From positions 96,001-160,000 of the forward strand of contig CAXXQS010000002.1 of the NCBI GenBank assembly GCA_963674735.2: a stretch of DNA of 64,000 nucleotides. The letters run 5' to 3'. The number at the start of each line of letters is the position of its first letter. The stretch's first letter is position 1. The notes under the pieces were generated by a model. The model searched no databases and was not told where the DNA came from. It saw only the letters and a list, made by a program, of their open reading frames with translations. Position numbers and translations under genes: made by a program. This document shows, piece by piece, positions 58,099 to 64,000 of the stretch. This stretch comes from Myxococcota bacterium. GTDB lineage: Bacteria > Myxococcota_A > SURF-8.

Positions 58099-59597
58099 CC
58101 CTTCCTCCCCCGTTTCCCAGTTTTCTTCCCCGGCTTCATCCCCTCCCGTTCCTGCCGTATTCTCTCCAGCAGCTCCGATGCCGGTTCGTCGTTCGGGTCC
58201 TGGTCGGCCAGCTTGCCTTCAAAGGCCCATTTCAGGATGGCCTGCCGGAGACGGGTGGTTCGTTGGAGGTTGGTTTCGATTGCCAAGTCAACGTCATCAT
58301 TGACCGATAATAGTCTTTCTGTCTCAGATACGATTCGATCTTGTTCTGTAAGGGGAGGAAGTGGAATAGGAGTGTCACCAACATCTTTCTGATTTATACT
58401 GGCTTGGTTAACTGCCCATTTTGCATTTTCAACTAAACGAGCTTTTCCGTCTAGTGATGTTAGGTATGCTTGCACATATTCAGGGCTCACAGTATTAGAA
58501 AGAGTCAACCTCATCATATTGCTTTCAAATACAGAGGGTAGATTTCTTCCTTTTATTACAACACTCTTCCCTAAGTGGCTTGGGCTGTTTACTCTATTCA
58601 CAACAAGGTCACCGATTTCGAGTCCGTACTTAGAAGCCTCATTTTCATCGATGTTGATTTTTTGCAACTCGACCGAAGGTCTGGACCAATCGTTTTGATA
58701 GTCATCGATACGTAAGATTGGGATTCCTTGACCATATTTCGATTTTGGCACGTACACCCCGTTTTGGGGTCCAAATACAATCAACTGCTCCACCGTAGCC
58801 CAGCACCAGCCCTCCGGCAGTTCCGGCAGGCCGTCGGTGTCGGGAGCGGCGGGGGCTTTGTACTTGCCCCTGCCTCCGGCCTCCTCCCACTTCTTCCGTC
58901 GTTCTTTGAGGATTCGTTCCAGCAGCACGGAAGCCGGTTCGTAGTCCCGTCCTTCAGCCTTGGCCAGCTCGGCTTCGGTGGGCACCAGCTGACCCTCGAC
59001 GGCGGATTTCAGCACACTGGCCCGGTAGCGTTTCAGGTTGGCCTTCACCCGTTCCAGGGCTTCCACGGCCTTGTCCAGCCGGGAGAAGTAGTTCTCGATG
59101 GCCTCCACGATCCGGTGCTGTTCGGGGAGGGGAAAAAGAGGTATTTCCATTTCTTCAAGGTGTTGCCGTTTCAGGTTGTTGATGTTAACACCTGCAGCAA
59201 GTTCTGAAACCCGGTTTCGGTATTCCCCTGTTTGAAGAAAAAATCCAATGTATTTCGGATCAGTGTGTTCAGCTAAGGGCCGAATAGCATAGCAGAATGC
59301 CCCGAATGAGCCTTTCCATTCGTGATGTAGTTGAGCAGTTTTTCCAACAACTGCCCTACTACCGCTAGATGCTGCAATAACAATATCTCCCTGTTTCAGA
59401 TACTGTATCTTCGATACAGCTTTCTCAGGAACGTATACAAGATTATCGAAATCAAGGTGCTGATTGATGTTCGTTGCACGAAGAATCGGGACGTATCCTT
59501 TTTCTGGTTGATCAGTTGAATCTTGTTTTTTATAAGTAACCCCTCTTAGGAGATTGGAAATTTCTTTCAGTTGTGCAGGTATTCTTTGGGTATTCAT
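58095..59597 (-). CDS. hsdS: Type I R-M specificity subunit
   Basis: Two TRDs; PLFPLPEQHRIV and PLPPLTEQDRIV; LPEGW; ILKWAFEGKL. Confidence 0.95.
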   Translation of the reverse strand: MNTQRIPAQLKEISNLLRGVTYKKQDSTDQPEKGYVPILRATNINQHLDFDNLVYVPEKAVSKIQYLKQGDIVIAASSGSRAVVGKTAQLHHEWKGSFGAFCYAIRPLAEHTDPKYIGFFLQTGEYRNRVSELAAGVNINNLKRQHLEEMEIPLFPLPEQHRIVEAIENYFSRLDKAVEALERVKANLKRYRASVLKSAVEGQLVPTEAELAKAEGRDYEPASVLLERILKERRKKWEEAGGRGKYKAPAAPDTDGLPELPEGWCWATVEQLIVFGPQNGVYVPKSKYGQGIPILRIDDYQNDWSRPSVELQKINIDENEASKYGLEIGDLVVNRVNSPSHLGKSVVIKGRNLPSVFESNMMRLTLSNTVSPEYVQAYLTSLDGKARLVENAKWAVNQASINQKDVGDTPIPLPPLTEQDRIVSETERLLSVNDDVDLAIETNLQRTTRLRQAILKWAFEGKLADQDPNDEPASELLERIRQEREGMKPGKKTGKRGRKG

Positions 59598-62446
59598 GCC
59601 ACCAGTGCCTCATTCAGTTCTTTCAACAACGTTCCCAACTCCTGCCCGAACACCTGAGAGGCCCGACCCAGACCACCGGCCTCGGCAAAGGGGGCATAAT
59701 CGAAGTCGTCGATTTCCATTTCCCAACTGCTGGCAATATGGTCCCGGATCATCGTCAGCCATCGGATCTGCTCGTCCGTAAAGCTCCGGCCTGCCGTCTC
59801 CTGCTGGGCCAGCCAGTTGTCGAACCGTTCCTTTACATGCTCACTCACCGGCTCCAGGACCGGCTCCTGCTTCAAGGCAAACTTCACCAACGACACCAGA
59901 TCCACCAACTGCCTCCGACCACTGGCCCCACGTACACGGGATTTCTCCATCGTCTCGTAGGCTCTCCACAACAAATCCGGTGTCCACGAACGGGGCGGAG
60001 CCTTGATGGCTTCGGACAATTCCTTAATGTCGGTAAAGGTCAACCGTCGTCGGTGAGGCTGGGCATAGAAGAACTGCAAAGCATCAATTTCGTCTTTGTT
60101 CTCGGCCAGGAAGGTTTCAAAATCCTGCACCAGAGCCTTGGCCTTTTCCTTGGCTTCCTCACTCACCCCGGCATACAGGACACTATCGATGCTGACTTCA
60201 TCAATCAGCTGCTCGAACTTCTGCTTCAATTCCAGAATGGTATTCCTGAGCTTCGGATTGGCTGCCAGGGGCTTGGCTGCTTCCTTCTTCAGTTCATCGG
60301 CCACAGCCTTCACCTGGGCCTCGGTCGGCTCGGCATCCTCCGGCAGGTCGTTTGCCTCCCGTGCTTTCTCTATCTGAACATCCGGGTCCACAGCATCCAC
60401 CAAGGCCCGGGCAATCTTCTTCAACGGGACACCCTCGGCTGCATTCCGAATCAGCTCCTGGTCATCCACCGAGAATTTCTTTTCCAGCCGGGACAGACGG
60501 GAGGCTATGGACGACAGCACATCCGGGTCTGTACCACCGGCAGCTACATGATTCAGCAGGGACTTGAGGGATTCGTATTTCTTCCGTTCCAGTGGATGGG
60601 TGTCACTGATTTCCATCTCCAGCTGACCCACACAATCCACAATGACAAAATGGGTCTTGCCGTTCTTGGCATCAGGAGAAACAGCCTTCATATCGGTCTT
60701 GGAAATCACCCGAACTCCACGACCCTTCATCTGCTCGAACAAGCCACGGCTCTTGACCGCCCTCATGAACATGACGATTTCAATGGGCTTGATGTCGGTA
60801 CCCGTGGCAATCATGTCCACCGTCACGGCAATACGAGGCTCGTAGGAGTTACGGAAGTCCTGAATCAGTTCCTTGGGCTTCTTGGCCGTGGTCTTGTAGG
60901 TAATCTTCTGACAGAAGTCGTTACCCCGTGCAAACTCTTCCCGGATGATGTCCACGATGTCTTCGGCATGGCTGTCGTCCTTGGCAAAAATCAAGGTCTT
61001 GGGGACTTCGGTTCTGCCGGGGAAAATCTCCGTGTACAGCTTTTCCTTGAAGGTCCGGACAATCGTCCGTATCTGGTCTTTGGCCACCACCTTCCGGTCG
61101 AGGTCACCGGCTGTGTAATCCACATCCTCGTCAGGGGTTTCCCACCGTTTGGCCCGGGTGGAACGGTCCCGGAAGGTGAGCATCAAATCATCGTTGGCCT
61201 CGATGATGGAGCCCTGTTCGGTGATTTTGGTCTTGATCTGGTAGACATCGAAGTCCACGTTCACCCCGTCTGCCACAGCCTTTTCGTGGTCGTATTCCAT
61301 CACCAGATTCTTGTTGAAGAATCCAAAGGTATGCTTGGCCGGGGTGGCCGTCAGCCCCACCAGGAAGGCATCGAAGTATTCCAGCACCTGCCTCCACAGG
61401 CTGTAAATGGAACGATGGCACTCGTCCACCACAATCAGGTCGAAGAACTCCGGGGGATAGGTTTCGTTGTACACCACCGGCATAGGCTCTTTACGGTCTG
61501 GAACGCCCTCAAACGCACTTTCTTCCTCCAGGGCAGGGTCGAGGTCGGGTTCCCCCTTCAACATCGAATACAGCCGTTGTATGGTCGTTATAGCTACCTT
61601 CGAGGAATCCCTGATGGAGTTCGATTGCAGGAGCTGGACGTTATACAGCTCCGTGAACTTCTTGTTGTCATCCGGTGTCCGAAAGCCCTGGAATTCCTTC
61701 TCGGCCTGCTCACCCAGATTTCTCCTGTCCACCAGGAAAAGTGTCCGTCTGGCTCCACTGAACTTGATGAGCCGGTACAGGGCCGTGATGGCCATGATGG
61801 TCTTGCCGGAACCGGTGGCCATCTGGATCAACGACCGGGGATGGTTCTGTTTCAGACTCCGTTCCAGATTGCCGATGGCCGTGAACTGGTTTGGGAACAG
61901 GAAGGATCGTTCCAGCTCCGGCAGAGTCTGAAGACGTGACCGGAAGGTCGAAGGTTGTGTATCGTCAGCAGCCGTGTGGGAACCGGTGGACTTCACCCAA
62001 TCGTCCAGATTGTCGGCTAACAGCCACTCGGCAAGGGTTTCGGGACGGTGAATCTGGAAGACTTCTCTGGCACGAGGATCGGGGTCAAGACCATTTGTGA
62101 AACGGGTTTCTTCCCCGTTGGCTTGATAAAGAAACGGCAAAGGTCGAACGGGAACGGAAAGGTTTTCAGGGAGTCCCTTGCTGTACTTCTCAGCCTGGCC
62201 TTCGACACCTGACAGGGTGAAGCCTTCCTTCTTGGCTTCCAGAACCCCCACGGCTTTCTGATCTACGAACAGCAGGTAGTCGGCAAAACCGTAACCGGTT
62301 GCCATCACGAATTCCCGAACAGCCACCCCCTGACCGGCATAGAGGTTCATCTCCTTCCAGTCTTGCACAACCCAGCCGGATGCCTCCAACTGGGCATCGA
62401 TCCGAACTCTGGCTTGAGCTTCAGGTTGTTGGGGGTCAGGTGTCAC
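59594..62446 (-). CDS. hsdR: Type I R-M restriction subunit
   Basis: ADYLL..LEAK nuclease motif, MATGSGKT, DECHR, GLTATP, QMKGRG. Confidence 0.95.
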   Translation of the reverse strand: MTPDPQQPEAQARVRIDAQLEASGWVVQDWKEMNLYAGQGVAVREFVMATGYGFADYLLFVDQKAVGVLEAKKEGFTLSGVEGQAEKYSKGLPENLSVPVRPLPFLYQANGEETRFTNGLDPDPRAREVFQIHRPETLAEWLLADNLDDWVKSTGSHTAADDTQPSTFRSRLQTLPELERSFLFPNQFTAIGNLERSLKQNHPRSLIQMATGSGKTIMAITALYRLIKFSGARRTLFLVDRRNLGEQAEKEFQGFRTPDDNKKFTELYNVQLLQSNSIRDSSKVAITTIQRLYSMLKGEPDLDPALEEESAFEGVPDRKEPMPVVYNETYPPEFFDLIVVDECHRSIYSLWRQVLEYFDAFLVGLTATPAKHTFGFFNKNLVMEYDHEKAVADGVNVDFDVYQIKTKITEQGSIIEANDDLMLTFRDRSTRAKRWETPDEDVDYTAGDLDRKVVAKDQIRTIVRTFKEKLYTEIFPGRTEVPKTLIFAKDDSHAEDIVDIIREEFARGNDFCQKITYKTTAKKPKELIQDFRNSYEPRIAVTVDMIATGTDIKPIEIVMFMRAVKSRGLFEQMKGRGVRVISKTDMKAVSPDAKNGKTHFVIVDCVGQLEMEISDTHPLERKKYESLKSLLNHVAAGGTDPDVLSSIASRLSRLEKKFSVDDQELIRNAAEGVPLKKIARALVDAVDPDVQIEKAREANDLPEDAEPTEAQVKAVADELKKEAAKPLAANPKLRNTILELKQKFEQLIDEVSIDSVLYAGVSEEAKEKAKALVQDFETFLAENKDEIDALQFFYAQPHRRRLTFTDIKELSEAIKAPPRSWTPDLLWRAYETMEKSRVRGASGRRQLVDLVSLVKFALKQEPVLEPVSEHVKERFDNWLAQQETAGRSFTDEQIRWLTMIRDHIASSWEMEIDDFDYAPFAEAGGLGRASQVFGQELGTLLKELNEALVA

Positions 62447-62720
62447 CGCTACGTTCCCTCCGTTCTGCTGAATTCGAGATTCGGATTCCCGGAGGAAAGG
62501 TCTGGTGTCTGGTCAGGTTGTTTCAGTCAATCCAAGGGCATCCGTATCCAAAATCGTCCATATCAAGTATCGCTAGCATACTGTTTCGGGCGCTCCAGGT
62601 CAAAAGAATTGTGTTGAGATACTGACGGGTTAAGCCTGTGTCAGAATATGTCTCACCTGCTGTCATCCTGCCCATTTTTCGTACTCAATACGCAAAAATC
62701 CACGCCATGAAAATTATTTG

Positions 62721-62749
62721 GCTTAGTTGGGGTTCCGTCTGGGTTGTTG
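62721..62749 (+). promoter_or_regulatory. Motif copy 6 (upstream of the rightward operon)
   Basis: GCTTAG TTGGGGTTCCG TCTGGGTTGTTG-GGGTA. Confidence 0.8.
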
Positions 62750-62801
62750 GGGTAGCGAACGATCAAGAATTGGAAACAACCGACAATCATGGAGAACGAA
62801 A

Positions 62802-63449
62802 ATGCCCTACCAGCCTTACAACGACGCCATCGAATACGTTGAGGATGAGCTTACCAGGTACTTGCCCACCAGGGCCGCCAGAATCAACGCTGAACGGATG
62901 GTCAGGGAAATGACTATCCCGGTTCCCGATAAACAGACCGTCGGGCAGAAACAACAGGTTTCGGTAAAGGAATACGAACGGCAGGCCCACTCGTACCGCC
63001 AACAGGAAGCCCAAATCCGGCATGAAATCGACGAACGGTTGGCAGTCACCCGTGCATCCGTCGGGGAGCCGGGAATTGCCCTCGACCGTCTGAACGGTGA
63101 TTTAAGCCAGGATGCACGGCTGATTCTGCTATCGCTTACCGCCATGGCCGTCGGCCTGTGTGACGAAACGTTGGGCGAACTTGGCGTGAGTTATTACGGA
63201 TCGGCCAGCGTGAACGACATCATGACCATCGTCGACGCCCACACCATCAGCGAAAGGTTGCGGATACGGAAACTTATCCTCGAGTTGACCGGTAAGGGAT
63301 TCATTATCCTGGATTACCCTCACGCCTCCTTTACGCCCGAGGAATTCAATTTCGTCCAGGCCAAGCTCAGCCGCAGGGCGTTCAGCGTCATCTTGGACGA
63401 TCCCAGTCTTGAACACGAGGGCGTCGTTTCCGACGAAGAAACACACTGA
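62802..63449 (+). CDS. Hypothetical protein (coiled coil plus probable winged helix)
   Basis: ATG 62802 after GGAGA; LDRL..LSQDARLILL...LTGKGFIIL. Confidence 0.6.
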   Translation: MPYQPYNDAIEYVEDELTRYLPTRAARINAERMVREMTIPVPDKQTVGQKQQVSVKEYERQAHSYRQQEAQIRHEIDERLAVTRASVGEPGIALDRLNGDLSQDARLILLSLTAMAVGLCDETLGELGVSYYGSASVNDIMTIVDAHTISERLRIRKLILELTGKGFIILDYPHASFTPEEFNFVQAKLSRRAFSVILDDPSLEHEGVVSDEETH

Positions 63450-63461
63450 AAGGCTGTCATC

Positions 63462-63677
63462 ATGAAGGAATTCACGATCCAGGTTTTCAAGCACGGAACG
63501 GTTGGAGCTGACAACGAACACATAGTTCAAATCAGCGGCCAAGAAAATGGCCAGACAATCGGTCAGGTCCAGTTCCCCACCGGTGATTACGAAAACGCCC
63601 GCTATATAGCCGAAGGGTTTGCGGCATTGTCCGACGGAGGTTTCGACCTTTCCCAGCTGATTCAAAACGAAGAATGA
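63462..63677 (+). CDS. Small hypothetical protein
   Basis: Operonic spacing, AAAGG RBS. Confidence 0.55.
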   Translation: MKEFTIQVFKHGTVGADNEHIVQISGQENGQTIGQVQFPTGDYENARYIAEGFAALSDGGFDLSQLIQNEE

Positions 63678-63712
63678 CGTTCACGGCCAATAACGACAGG
63701 GAGAAAAGAACC

Positions 63713-64000
63713 ATGAGAACACTGAAATATGCATGCAAGAAGTTTGTCGAACACCTGAAGGCGACCGGCACGAAGGAAATCACGGCATCGAACTATTGGA
63801 GAATCCTCCAGTTGTTCATCGACTACCTCGGTCCGGAAAAGAACATCGAAGACATCACGGTCAGGAATGTATCGGATTTCTACCGGTCGAAACCCGCCAC
63901 GCACAAGACGCGGAAGGACGGCACGATGGTGCCCCGTGCCGAAACGTCGTATCTGCAAATCAAACGGGATGTCCGCTTGTGCCTTTGCTGGTTCCATGAA
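63713..64000 (+). CDS. Integrase N-terminal SAM-like (core-binding) domain protein, runs off the window
   Basis: Hand translation, not in the track: MRTLKYACKKFVEHLKATGTKEITASNYWRILQLFIDYLGPEKNIEDITVRNVSDF...; GGGAG RBS. Confidence 0.6.
   Translation, partial: MRTLKYACKKFVEHLKATGTKEITASNYWRILQLFIDYLGPEKNIEDITVRNVSDFYRSKPATHKTRKDGTMVPRAETSYLQIKRDVRLCLCWFHE

Larger units (their letters stand above)
40978..64000. mobile_element. Integrative element inserted at tRNA-Ala; far end outside the window
   Basis: Integrase next to the tRNA 3' end, Xis-like genes, resolvase, primase-helicase, R-M cargo, lower GC than host genes; I saw no second copy of the tRNA 3' end in the window. Confidence 0.88.

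Noticed and set aside
40978-64000. Intact prophage or ICE
   Set aside because: No capsid, terminase, tail, relaxase or T4SS genes in the window; class cannot be assigned

Overview
GC-rich bacterial window, probably from an anaerobic Deltaproteobacteria/Myxococcota-like organism (an inference from DGD-repeat lipoproteins, a Sec-containing FDH and a glycyl radical enzyme). It has four blocks. (1) 1-18.9 kb: exopolysaccharide/glycan locus with two GT4s, an alkaline-phosphatase-superfamily enzyme, a GT2-nucleotidyltransferase fusion, a REC-PP2C regulator, a tandem GNAT, a flippase, a HAD hydrolase, a GT-C, a GH9 and an O-antigen ligase-like protein. Lipoproteins and a DUF89 gene follow to 22.7 kb. 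(2) About 23-32.9 kb: decayed island ending at tRNA-Val(CAC). It carries lipid-related cargo (patatin, DAG-kinase family, SCP2-fused glycyl radical enzyme plus activase, EEP, PLC fragment), IS3/MITE remnants and a dead tyrosine integrase. (3) 32.9-41 kb: tRNA-Val, tRNA-Arg, fdhD, selenocysteine fdhA (in-frame TGA plus SECIS) with NuoE/NuoF-like subunits, an RlmN-like radical SAM gene and tRNA-Ala(CGC). (4) 41 kb to the window end: integrative element at tRNA-Ala with integrase, Xis-like genes, resolvase, AEP primase-polymerase plus helicase, two orphan MTases and a type I R-M system with inserted genes. Most notable in block 4 are a six-copy bipartite motif GCTTAG-N11-TCTGGGTTGTTG upstream of four transcription units (triplicated by 153-bp repeats in front of one operon) and, at the end of that operon, a stand-alone protein resembling the type I-C CRISPR small subunit Cas11c with no cas locus in the window. 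All assignments come from motif reading and recalled family knowledge; no searches were run.
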